A DNA stretch of 32,000 bases from Candidatus Saccharimonadota bacterium. Its GTDB lineage: Archaea; Micrarchaeota; Micrarchaeia; Micrarchaeales; Micrarchaeaceae. Of this stretch, positions 1 through 7,966 are shown piece after piece (the stretch's first letter is position 1; each line of letters begins with the position of its first letter). The notes beneath the pieces are model-generated. The model saw only the letters and a list, made by a program, of their open reading frames with translations, made no database searches and was not told the DNA's origin. The position numbers were made by a program, and so were the translations under genes. The stretch spans positions 120,001 through 152,000 of the forward strand of contig OY969114.1 in NCBI GenBank assembly GCA_963698035.1, written 5' to 3'.

Positions 1-537
1 CATGTTGTATCTCTTTCCTGTATCGACCAGCATTCCAGACCTTCCTATGTACATCCCATAGTCTTTGAATCTTCCATCTATCGGCGTGTCTATTATTGTG
101 TGCTTGTTCATCCTCCACTTCTGCGCATTGAGGAGCCTTGTGAAGAATGGTATGGGAGCCCCTTCTGGCAGTGTGCTTTCATCTACGATGCCGGTCGCCA
201 ACCCGACTCCTTTGTGCTTCTTGTGCAGTCCTACGTGGTCTTTGATCCAGTCTTTTGACACATATGCGTCATCATCAGTATGCATGACAATGTCCCCATC
301 TGCTTTCCTGTATATGGTGTTCAGCGCCTCTTCGAAGAGGCCATTATCTTGCTTTATGAGCCTCACGTCCAGACCGCTGTATTCCTTGGCTCTGCCAAGG
401 GTTTCGTTGCACCCGCTCCATGGTTTATAGACAAGCATTATACTGAAATTCTTGTAGGATTGCGACTGCAAGCTATACAGGAGCTTGAATATTGTATTCC
501 TTGTCTTGTATGTAGGTATGGCAACGGTGACGTGCAA
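1..537 (-). CDS. Glycosyltransferase family 2, partial (C-terminus runs off the left edge)
   Basis: Absent from the ORF track because it is truncated. My reverse-strand translation from TTG at 537-535 reads LHVTVAIPTYKTRNTIFKLLYSLQSQSYKNFSIMLVYKP, a typical GT2 N-terminus. In the same frame, ...DGDIVMHTDDDAYVSKDWIK gives a DxD-type motif. The + ORFs 65..430 and 280..555 are antisense shadows of this gene. Confidence 0.75.
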   Translation of the reverse strand, partial: MHVTVAIPTYKTRNTIFKLLYSLQSQSYKNFSIMLVYKPWSGCNETLGRAKEYSGLDVRLIKQDNGLFEEALNTIYRKADGDIVMHTDDDAYVSKDWIKDHVGLHKKHKGVGLATGIVDESTLPEGAPIPFFTRLLNAQKWRMNKHTIIDTPIDGRFKDYGMYIGRSGMLVDTGKRYNM

Positions 538-541
538 ATTA

Positions 542-1717
542 TCACTTATTCTTGACGATTTTCCCATTTATTATACTTACAGCAACATCCCTTCCTTGTG
601 CTGCAAAGACGACATTGCTCACAGCGTTTTCCCTGTCCAGTGGCATTAGCGATGCGCTCTTGCCTACAATTATGATGTCGGCCTTCTTCCCCTTTTCTAT
701 GCTGCCCATGTTTGCCCGCAGGGCTTTCGACGCATTTACTGTAGCCATATCGAGAGCCTCTTGCGCGGTCAGCCCGTTCATCAGCGCTGAGAACTTCATC
801 GTTTGGAACATGTCAAGGCTGTCGTTAGATGCCGCGCTGTCCGTTCCAAAGGTAACGTTGATACCGCTGCCCAGCATTCTCTTAATGTCTGCGGTTCCGC
901 TTCCCAGCTTCGCGTTGCTTATTGCGTTGTTGACTATGGTGGTGCCAGACCTAGCGAGCATGGCCGTCTCTTTCCGGTTCACCCAGACCCCGTGTGCTGC
1001 CACCAAGTCTCTTGACAGGAAACCATTCCTATACATCCATTCTACAGGTCTGAGCGAATAACTTGCCGTATGGTTCGCTACCTCCTGTCTTGTCTCCGCA
1101 AGATGCATGTGAACGATTGTGTTATACCTCTTGGAGAGCGCTTTCGTCTGTCGAATCGTATCTTTGGAGCAGACATAGACCCCTTGGAGGCCGAACGACG
1201 GCATTATCATTTTCTTGTTCCTGTACCTCTTTACGAACGCCTCGGCATTCTTTATCGGAATGCCCTTTTGGGTTGTATACTCCTTGTCGAGAACCACCCA
1301 CGATAGGAATGCCCTCAGTCCGAATCTTGAAACCGTGTCTGCGATCGTGTCCTCGGAGTAGTAGAGGTCGAAGAAGGAGGTTGTGCCCGATTTTAGCATC
1401 TCTCTTGCGGCCAGCCCTGCAGACCTCTTTATCATCTCCTTTGTGTTCTTTCTGTCGAACTCGGAGGTCTTCTCGAGAAACTGTTCGAGATTCATCCCAT
1501 TGCACACGCCTCTCAGCATCGTCATACCTATATGGGTATGCATGTTCACCAGACCCGGCATGACCACAGATCCAACAGCGTCAACCACGACGTCGGACTT
1601 GTTTGACTCTTTTCCAACAGATGAGATGGTGTCTTCTTCTACCAGCACGTTTCCGGTCAGTACTCGGCGCCGTTCGTCTTGGGTTACTATCAGCCCATTC
1701 CTTATCATTATGGTCAT
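542..1717 (-). CDS. Metal-dependent amidohydrolase, MtaD/DadD-like (5'-methylthioadenosine/S-adenosylhomocysteine or deoxyadenosine deaminase family)
   Basis: 391-aa ORF. PGLVNMHTHIGMTMLRG is the HxH metal motif of the chlorohydrolase/ATZ-TRZ family. It also has HLAET, a late FGTDSAASN motif and a GKKADIIIV tail. Confidence 0.8.
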   Translation of the reverse strand: MTIMIRNGLIVTQDERRRVLTGNVLVEEDTISSVGKESNKSDVVVDAVGSVVMPGLVNMHTHIGMTMLRGVCNGMNLEQFLEKTSEFDRKNTKEMIKRSAGLAAREMLKSGTTSFFDLYYSEDTIADTVSRFGLRAFLSWVVLDKEYTTQKGIPIKNAEAFVKRYRNKKMIMPSFGLQGVYVCSKDTIRQTKALSKRYNTIVHMHLAETRQEVANHTASYSLRPVEWMYRNGFLSRDLVAAHGVWVNRKETAMLARSGTTIVNNAISNAKLGSGTADIKRMLGSGINVTFGTDSAASNDSLDMFQTMKFSALMNGLTAQEALDMATVNASKALRANMGSIEKGKKADIIIVGKSASLMPLDRENAVSNVVFAAQGRDVAVSIINGKIVKNK

Positions 1718-1799
1718 TTCGATCTACTATAGTACAATTGCTATTAAAGGCTTATACCATGATTTTTAATGATTTATGTAGAAATAAAAGAGTGCCTTT

Positions 1800-2522
1800 A
1801 TGGTAGAAGTTAGCATAATCGCTCCGACGATGCATGAGGAGCGAGCCCCCGAAATCGCAAAGGAGATATTTAAGACCTTTGGCAGGGATGCAGAGGTCAT
1901 AATAGTAGATAAAAGCGACCTCAGCTACAGGAGGCTCTTCAAAGGAACAGGCGCAAGGGTTAGGGTGCAGAGGTCAAAGGGCTACGAATATGCGATAATG
2001 GAGGGTCTCGCGGTTGCCAGGGGCACCAAGGTGCTGGCTTCCATAGATCCAGATGGGACGTATTCTGTGCAGGACCTGAAGAGGGTGGTCGATGCCGTGA
2101 GAAGAGGAGAGGCAGACTTCGTATCAGGCGATAGGTCTGGATGCTCCTTCGAGGCGATGGGACCATACATAAAGTTCGGCAACTTCCTATTTGCCGCCAC
2201 GTTCGACATACTCTTCCTGCAAAGGCTCAAGGATGTCTTCAGCGGCTCTTTTGCGATGAACAGGGAAGCATACAAGCAGATAAGGCACGTGAAGCCCTAC
2301 TATAGCGGCACCCTCTTCTTCGAGATGGAGATTGCCAAGAGGGGCTTTCTCATGAAGAACGTGCACGTCTCGTACGAGCCGAGAAGAGGCACCAAGTCCA
2401 AGCTGGCCAAGTCTAAGACGGTCTACGCGACGAAGGTCATGGCAAGCATACTAAAGGACCGCCACAAAGAAATCTCCTACCTCCTCTCCAACATGTTCAG
2501 GGGCCGTTTCGGGGAAGGCTAA
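1800..2522 (+). CDS. Small GT2 glycosyltransferase (dolichyl-phosphate sugar synthase-like), paralog a
   Basis: 240 aa. VSIIAPTMHEE...EVIIVDKSD...IDPDGTYSVQDLKRVV...SGDR is the GT2 Rossmann core with a DxD-like DPDG motif. About half of the first 110 residues are identical by eye to ORF 3977..4663. Confidence 0.8.
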   Translation: MVEVSIIAPTMHEERAPEIAKEIFKTFGRDAEVIIVDKSDLSYRRLFKGTGARVRVQRSKGYEYAIMEGLAVARGTKVLASIDPDGTYSVQDLKRVVDAVRRGEADFVSGDRSGCSFEAMGPYIKFGNFLFAATFDILFLQRLKDVFSGSFAMNREAYKQIRHVKPYYSGTLFFEMEIAKRGFLMKNVHVSYEPRRGTKSKLAKSKTVYATKVMASILKDRHKEISYLLSNMFRGRFGEG

Positions 2523-3154
2523 TAGGGGCTCTCCAGCTTCCCGCGCCTTGCCGGACCCAGATACCTGCGCACAAAATTCGCCACTGTCGCTCTTGTATGG
2601 CCGTCATAAGCCTTCAGGTATTCTAGCAATTTCTTTCGCTCTATGAGGTTGAGTATGCCGCTATACTGCTGTATAGGGAGTCTCACCTTATAGAAAAAGA
2701 GGTCGATGAGAGTCTTTTCCGGGTCGGACACCGGGACCCTCATTTTACCGTACTCCCGTATTGAGAAGCCAAAAAAATACGCAGGCCTGGAGTGGTGCAG
2801 CATGATTCTGGCATGCCCGTCCAATACGGATATCCTTGCCCTTTTTACCCTCCTCAGCGTGACCACCTCCGGTATAGGCATCTGGGTCCATGCGTCCATT
2901 ATCGTAAGCGCGGACCTAAGCCCGTAATAGAACGGTTGGAAGGCGAATCCGGCTGTCATGGCGTCCATGCTTGTTGTATATGCGCCCTTTACTATGCCGT
3001 GCAACCTGCCGGTCTTTTTCAGGTATGCGAGCGTCCTTGCAAAGTCATGTTTCTCACTAGTACGACCAAACAGCATCTTTACGTCGCCGTACGTAAACGT
3101 CGGATATCCTGAGAACTTTTTTAATATGTCATCTGCAAGGGTCATCCTATCCAC
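2519..3154 (-). CDS. AbiEi-like wHTH protein (type IV TA antitoxin family), copy a
   Basis: 211 aa. ...LAYLKKTGRLHGIVKGAYT... matches the AbiEi N-terminal wHTH signature (L-x-K-x-G-x-l-x-r-i-x-rG-x-Y). GFAFQPFYYGLRSAL is shared with ORF 5364..5975. The real start is probably ATG at 3145, which forms an ATGA overlap with the stop of the upstream NTase gene. The track start at 3154 is GTG. Confidence 0.7.
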   Translation of the reverse strand: MDRMTLADDILKKFSGYPTFTYGDVKMLFGRTSEKHDFARTLAYLKKTGRLHGIVKGAYTTSMDAMTAGFAFQPFYYGLRSALTIMDAWTQMPIPEVVTLRRVKRARISVLDGHARIMLHHSRPAYFFGFSIREYGKMRVPVSDPEKTLIDLFFYKVRLPIQQYSGILNLIERKKLLEYLKAYDGHTRATVANFVRRYLGPARRGKLESPY

Positions 3155-3816
3155 GACCGTATTGATTCTATCATAAATCCAAATGTGGGGGCAATGCCGG
3201 ATATTATAAGGTTGCCAAGGCCCGGCATGTCGGGAGGCTGATCCTCATCAATACTTTCAAGAAGCTTGCCGAGTCTGGCGGCGGTCGCAGCACTTCTCTC
3301 TTTTATAATGGTAGTTAAATAATAGATGTCGTAGAGATCCTGGGCTTCGGGCTGTTTTATGGAGCTTGGATGCGAGAGCTTATCCGAATATGCGTCTATC
3401 TTTTCATTCAGAAGCTCTATGGGCTTCAGGGCGAGCACGACGCTTTTGCTGCCATCCATCCTTGTGTAATCGGCAGGGCTGCCTTTCTTGTAACCCAGAT
3501 TTATATCCACCTTCATCTTGTCTCTCGCTTGGACAAGGAACTGCATGGTTTTGGTGTCCCTATTGTAGCTGCGTTTTTTTAGGGTGAACTCCCTCTCCTT
3601 GAAGAAGTTGGAAAATTCTTTATTGCATTCCTTTGGAGATTTTGATTTTGCATTGTAATAGAAGTCAATATCTCTTGAGAAGCGATTACCGCCATAGCAT
3701 CTCCAGATGGCGGTGCCTCCGTGGAAGACGAGGTCCTTGTATTTGTTATATAACAGCTCCACCAGCACGTCCTCCCATACCGCCTTGGCCCGCTTGTCTG
3801 CATCGGGTAGCTCCAT
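3142..3816 (-). CDS. AbiEii/AbiGii-family nucleotidyltransferase (DUF1814-type), copy a
   Basis: 224 aa. FHGGTAIWRCYGGNRFSRDIDFY is the pol-beta NTase hG[GS]...DxD motif as seen in AbiEii. The later EKIDAYSDKL...AQDLYDIYYL matches AbiEii motif III (K..A...R..D.yD). Confidence 0.75.
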   Translation of the reverse strand: MELPDADKRAKAVWEDVLVELLYNKYKDLVFHGGTAIWRCYGGNRFSRDIDFYYNAKSKSPKECNKEFSNFFKEREFTLKKRSYNRDTKTMQFLVQARDKMKVDINLGYKKGSPADYTRMDGSKSVVLALKPIELLNEKIDAYSDKLSHPSSIKQPEAQDLYDIYYLTTIIKERSAATAARLGKLLESIDEDQPPDMPGLGNLIISGIAPTFGFMIESIRSWIG

Positions 3817-3976
3817 CTAATCATTTATAAGTGCTTATTATTACATTCTTTGGTAATAATAGGGCATCATATAAATATAAAAATCTTTGCCCTACACACG
3901 CGAATCCAATCAAACTTTTTATAATAGGTCTGTAATATAAAGTTTAGGTCTTATAAACTACAACTACTGTGCTTTC

Positions 3977-4663
3977 ATGGTGAAACTCAGCTTCATAGTG
4001 CCGACAAAGAACGAGCGTACGACTCCAGGCATAGTGCGCGATATCTACAAGACCTTCGGCAGAAACGTGGAAGTGATAGTTGTCGACAAGAGCACCCCCG
4101 AGTACAGGAAGCCGCTCTACAAGACAGGAGCTAAAATAGTGATACAGAAGCATGGCGTATACGAGCACGCTCTTGTCGAGGGCTTTAGGCTCGCGCATGG
4201 AGAGATACTCGCAGCGATAGACCCCGACGGCACGTACTCGGTCAAGGACCTCAAGAAGATAGTCGATTACATCTCGAGGCACAGGGAGTATGCATATGTC
4301 GGCGGCGACAGGTTCGACTGCCCCTCCGAAGCGATGCCCGGTTCGATAAGGTTCGGCAACCGCCTCTTCGGCGTGCTTGCCAGCTTGCTCATGATGCAGA
4401 ATATGCGTGACACCTTCAGCGGCTCTTTCGCGATGTGGACAACCGCCTACAACACCATAAGGCACATGGATGGCTATGTTGCCGGCCCCACAATCTTCCA
4501 GATCGCGCTTGCACGGAAGGGCTTTAAGGTTAAATGCATACCCATATCATACAGGCCCAGGGTAGGCTCCAAGCCCAAGACCACAAACTTCAAGCAGCTC
4601 TTCGCCTTCAAGCTGGTGTGGAACATGTTTTGGGGGAGGTTCAGGCCGCTTGGCCCCTTATAG
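3977..4663 (+). CDS. Small GT2 glycosyltransferase, paralog b
   Basis: 228 aa. LSFIVPTKNE...EVIVVDKST...IDPDGTYSVKDLKKIV...GGDR...FSGSFAM is colinear with ORF 1800..2522. Confidence 0.8.
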   Translation: MVKLSFIVPTKNERTTPGIVRDIYKTFGRNVEVIVVDKSTPEYRKPLYKTGAKIVIQKHGVYEHALVEGFRLAHGEILAAIDPDGTYSVKDLKKIVDYISRHREYAYVGGDRFDCPSEAMPGSIRFGNRLFGVLASLLMMQNMRDTFSGSFAMWTTAYNTIRHMDGYVAGPTIFQIALARKGFKVKCIPISYRPRVGSKPKTTNFKQLFAFKLVWNMFWGRFRPLGPL

Positions 4664-4719
4664 AAGGGTTTTTATATTAAACTACCTAACTTATATTATA
4701 ATATAGGTATGGTAATTTC

Positions 4720-5367
4720 ATGTCTGACCCCATCGAGAGGCTGCTCAACAACGATGCGCAGGTGGCATTGGCAAGGCTCGAAGACGCAGTTGTCAAGGTG
4801 ATATACGAGATAGACTCGGGAGTGGTGATGCATGGAGGCACTGCCATATGGCGGTGCTACGGAGGCTATAGGTTCTCTTCTGACGTTGATATATACCTCA
4901 ACGAGGCCCAAGTAAAAAAATTCAATCTTGAATTGACATGGAAGATCTCGAGATACCAGCTAAAGCACGATCCGCCAGCACATACCGGAAGGAGGATCAA
5001 GGTATTCAATGATAATGCAAAAACGCAAATCGAGGCGATGAAACCGCCGCCTGGGCTCAAATCGGTACCGGCCCTGTACGAAATGGCGAATGGTACAAAA
5101 ATCGCAATCAAAACATTGAGCGTAGACGATTTCATTAAGGAAAAAATGCGCACATACGAAAAAAGATTTTATGCGAGGGATTTCTTTGACGTATACCAGT
5201 TGATCATAAACCATGATGTTGGGCGAGGCACCAAAAAATCAGTTCTCAGATTCATAGAAACGGCATCAAAGCCTAAAGATGAGGATGTATTGAAAGACAT
5301 AGTGTATACCGGGCCTGCTCCAACATTCAATGATATGGTAAGCGCCATCCGCGGTAGATTAAAATGA
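4720..5367 (+). CDS. AbiEii/AbiGii-family nucleotidyltransferase, copy b
   Basis: 215 aa. It has MHGGTAIWRCYGGYRFSSDVDIY and EKMRTYEKRFYARDFFDVYQL. Its C-terminal APTFNDMVSAIR parallels APTFGFMIESIR of copy a. Confidence 0.75.
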   Translation: MSDPIERLLNNDAQVALARLEDAVVKVIYEIDSGVVMHGGTAIWRCYGGYRFSSDVDIYLNEAQVKKFNLELTWKISRYQLKHDPPAHTGRRIKVFNDNAKTQIEAMKPPPGLKSVPALYEMANGTKIAIKTLSVDDFIKEKMRTYEKRFYARDFFDVYQLIINHDVGRGTKKSVLRFIETASKPKDEDVLKDIVYTGPAPTFNDMVSAIRGRLK

Positions 5368-5975
5368 AATATATGGATTTTGTGAGGCAGACATTTAACA
5401 GCGCCGATTTCCCCATATTCAGCATACGCGATCTGAAAATAGGGCTTAGCGAGAGGAAAATAAGCACAAAATACTTATACACCCTAGTGCACGGACTTTT
5501 ACGCAAGAAAGAGATAATACGCATAACGCGCGGGATCTATACATTCCACGACGACGCCTTCGTGGTCGGATTTGCATTCGAGCCGTTTTATTACGGGTTG
5601 GAATGTGCCCTGTCCCTGCGCGACCTCTCAACACAGGGGGCAAATCCAATAGTGATAACCGCAAGAAAGGTCAGGGTGGGAGTGAGGACTTTCAAGAATA
5701 GGAATTATAGGATACGGAAAATTAACGGCAATCTCTTCTTCGGGTACGAGCTTTTAAAATATGGGAAGTTTTGGATACCAGTTTCTGACGTAGAGAAGAC
5801 AGCCATAGACTTGGTTTATTTTGGCTATGGCATAAGGGAGGAGCTGCTCGAGGGCATCCATAAGAATATTGACATAGGAAAACTTAATAGGTATCTTAAA
5901 AAATACGATATAAGATTTAGGAGGAGGGTCTTTGCGGAGTTAAGAATTAAGGAAACCCGAAGTGTATCATTATGA
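5364..5975 (+). CDS. AbiEi-like wHTH protein, copy b
   Basis: 203 aa. It has LLRKKEIIRITRGIYTF and GFAFEPFYYGLECAL. The start overlaps the NTase-b stop as ATGA (5364-5367), and the stop overlaps the GT4 start as ATGA (5972-5975). Confidence 0.7.
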   Translation: MKYMDFVRQTFNSADFPIFSIRDLKIGLSERKISTKYLYTLVHGLLRKKEIIRITRGIYTFHDDAFVVGFAFEPFYYGLECALSLRDLSTQGANPIVITARKVRVGVRTFKNRNYRIRKINGNLFFGYELLKYGKFWIPVSDVEKTAIDLVYFGYGIREELLEGIHKNIDIGKLNRYLKKYDIRFRRRVFAELRIKETRSVSL

Positions 5976-7102
5976 AAATCGCATTCGTATCTGACGCGGC
6001 GTTCCCCTGGCATGTAGGCGGGGTCGAGCAGACAGAGAGGCTAGAGGCTGAGGCGCTAGCAAGGCATAATGAGGTACACTTCTTCTCCTTCAAGTGGAAA
6101 GGAATGAAAGGGGATTTTATTGACAGGAATATACACTACCACTGCTCCCACTACCTTACTGACAAGCAGTTCTACAGACACAAGAGAAGATCCATACGCG
6201 AAGCATTCTACTTCTCGCTCGTCGCGTGGAGGATCTTCTCCGACAGGTTCGATGTTGTGCAGGTGAACGCGTTCCCTTATCTGCATCTGCCCGTGGTAAA
6301 ATTCTACTGCGCGATTTTTGGCTCGAAGCTCATCATGGACGTTGCCGAGGTATGGAGCAGGGACCGTTGGGTAGGTTACCTTGGCCCGTTCTTCGGCAGC
6401 ATCATGTGGCGCTATACAAATTGGACACTCTCTGGGGCGGATGCGTACATAGCGAACCCGGGCAACGCATGCGAGGAGCTTGATGCGCTGGGCGTAAATC
6501 GGTCAAGGATACATTCATTCACGCCCATTCTGGACGATGACGAGATATCGAAGGTGAGAGCACCCCAAAGAAAGGGCATTGTCGTCTATCTGGGCAGACT
6601 GATAAGGGAGAAGAGATTCGACAGGTGGCTCGATGTCCTTAGGGATGCATCCCAGAAAGATAGGAGCATAAAAGGGATTATAGTCGGAGACGGGCCTGAA
6701 AGGGGGTCCATACTGCACACCATATCGGCTCTTGACCTGAAAAGGATAGTAAAGCTGCACAGCTATTACAGGAACAGGAAGGATGCGCACAGGATACTTA
6801 AGGGCGCTTCCCTTTTCCTCAACATGTCAGAGAGGGAGGGCCTGAGCGCGACGACACTGGAGAGCCTGGCGCTGGGTACGCCTGTCGCGCTACCGAGCTA
6901 TTCTCCGATACCTGACATGGTAAAGGAGATGTGCATCGTGGCTGACAAGGACGACCTTCCAGACGTTGTGGTTAAGGTTGCCAGGTCAAGGAGCAAGGGC
7001 TCATTCATAAAAAACAGGAGGAACCTGGAGAACTTCCGCGCCTCGGGGATAATCCCCTTCTACGATAGGCTCTTTAAGAGCCTCAGCAGATGCTCACACT
7101 AA
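5972..7102 (+). CDS. GT4-family (Glycos_transf_1) glycosyltransferase
   Basis: 376 aa. The N-terminus MKIAFVSDAAFPWHVGGVE is typical of the family. The C-terminal SEREGLSATTLESLALGTPV is the E-x7-E retaining-GT motif. Confidence 0.85.
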   Translation: MKIAFVSDAAFPWHVGGVEQTERLEAEALARHNEVHFFSFKWKGMKGDFIDRNIHYHCSHYLTDKQFYRHKRRSIREAFYFSLVAWRIFSDRFDVVQVNAFPYLHLPVVKFYCAIFGSKLIMDVAEVWSRDRWVGYLGPFFGSIMWRYTNWTLSGADAYIANPGNACEELDALGVNRSRIHSFTPILDDDEISKVRAPQRKGIVVYLGRLIREKRFDRWLDVLRDASQKDRSIKGIIVGDGPERGSILHTISALDLKRIVKLHSYYRNRKDAHRILKGASLFLNMSEREGLSATTLESLALGTPVALPSYSPIPDMVKEMCIVADKDDLPDVVVKVARSRSKGSFIKNRRNLENFRASGIIPFYDRLFKSLSRCSH

Positions 7103-7132
7103 CAAAAAAGAAGAAAAAGAAAAAAGAGAAAG
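7101..7132 (-). terminator. Oligo-T (polypyrimidine on the - strand) tract just downstream of the membrane-protein gene; probable archaeal intrinsic terminator
   Basis: The + strand reads aacaaaaaagaagaaaaagaaaaaagagaaag (31 of 32 purines). The - strand therefore reads as T-runs starting 3 nt after the stop at 7135-7137. The tract fills the whole gap between two convergent genes. Confidence 0.45.
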
Positions 7133-7134
7133 CT

Positions 7135-7530
7135 TTACGCCTTCTCTCCCATATACAATCCCGATCCTACCAGGGTCAGGATGAAGCCGAATATGGCGAT
7201 CCACATCGCAGGCGTGCCCGCTGTTAGCACTAACAATGTAGCCGCTGCTATCCAACCCAGCTTTGCCATCATACCGGATACCTTCTTTCCCCAGCCGATG
7301 ATATACGTGAAGCTTACCAGGAATATTGCTATCGAGGCAAGTATCGCCGCAGGGTAGATGAAGGGTAGCCATATGCTAGCGTAGCTTGTGTTCCATACGC
7401 CCAACGCCGAGGAGTATCCCGCGCTAGTGAAAAACGCGGCAGTTAGTAGGAAGAGCAATCCTCCCAGGAACTCCAGGCTGAAGGCAGCGTATGCTAGTCC
7501 CATACCTTTACCTTTTGCCATCTTTGTCAC
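7135..7530 (-). CDS. Small integral membrane protein (about 4 TM helices), function unknown
   Basis: 131 aa with four long hydrophobic stretches (LEFLGGLLFLLTAAFF, IWLPFIYPAAILASIAIFLV, LGWIAAATLLVLTAG, MWIAIFGFILTLVGSGL). I recognise no family motif. Confidence 0.6.
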   Translation of the reverse strand: MTKMAKGKGMGLAYAAFSLEFLGGLLFLLTAAFFTSAGYSSALGVWNTSYASIWLPFIYPAAILASIAIFLVSFTYIIGWGKKVSGMMAKLGWIAAATLLVLTAGTPAMWIAIFGFILTLVGSGLYMGEKA

Positions 7531-7717
7531 CAGTATACAGCTTCAACGTAAAGCTTTTAAACCTATCGCAGGGGGGTTGCTTCCTGACGAATGCCCGGGG
7601 ATGGCGCCCGGCATTTTCCTTTGGCGTGGTCGCATCGGTGCGGGGAGAGCTATCAAAAGTTATTTATTACTTTTGATTCTATATATAATGCCTTGCACTC
7701 TGTAGTAGAGGAACTTA

Positions 7718-7966
7718 TTGTTAAACGGTGAGCCTTTGGTAGCGTCCCCTCTTAGACTAGTGGTAAAGCACTCAATCCTAAGCGAGAGCGAGGCGAAGAA
7801 GGTATCCAAGAGGTTCAAGACACCACTTGAGAAGTTCCCAAGGATACTTGAGAGCGACCCCCAGGCGGTAAAGATTGGCGCCAAGATAGGGCAGCTTATC
7901 GAGATAAGCAGGAGGGATCCCACAGGCGATTACCTGTACTACAGGCTTGTGGCAAAGAACGCGTGA
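7718..7966 (+). CDS. rpoH: DNA-directed RNA polymerase subunit H (Rpo5)
   Basis: LVVKHSILSESEAKKV...KFPRILESDPQAVKIGAKIGQLIEISRRDPTGDYLYYRLV matches the RpoH pattern (vPkH.il.eeE...LP.I...DP.a..lgak.G..i.I.R.s...g....YR.V). TTG start. The TATA-like element ctatatataatg lies at about 7677-7688. Confidence 0.85.
   Translation: MLNGEPLVASPLRLVVKHSILSESEAKKVSKRFKTPLEKFPRILESDPQAVKIGAKIGQLIEISRRDPTGDYLYYRLVAKNA

Noticed and set aside
65-555. + strand ORFs 65..430 and 280..555 at the left edge.
   Set aside because: They are antisense to a clear GT2 reading frame on the - strand (TTG 537 leftwards) and their translations carry no motifs.
7591-7614. GC-rich imperfect hairpin (ATGCCCGGG...CCCGGCAT) followed by ttttccttt, in the 187-nt gap between the membrane-protein gene and rpoH. 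It could be a terminator or a small RNA.
   Set aside because: No upstream + strand gene ends there, the stem needs a bulge, I found no C/D or H/ACA box pattern, and hairpins are not required for archaeal termination. The evidence is too weak to call a feature.
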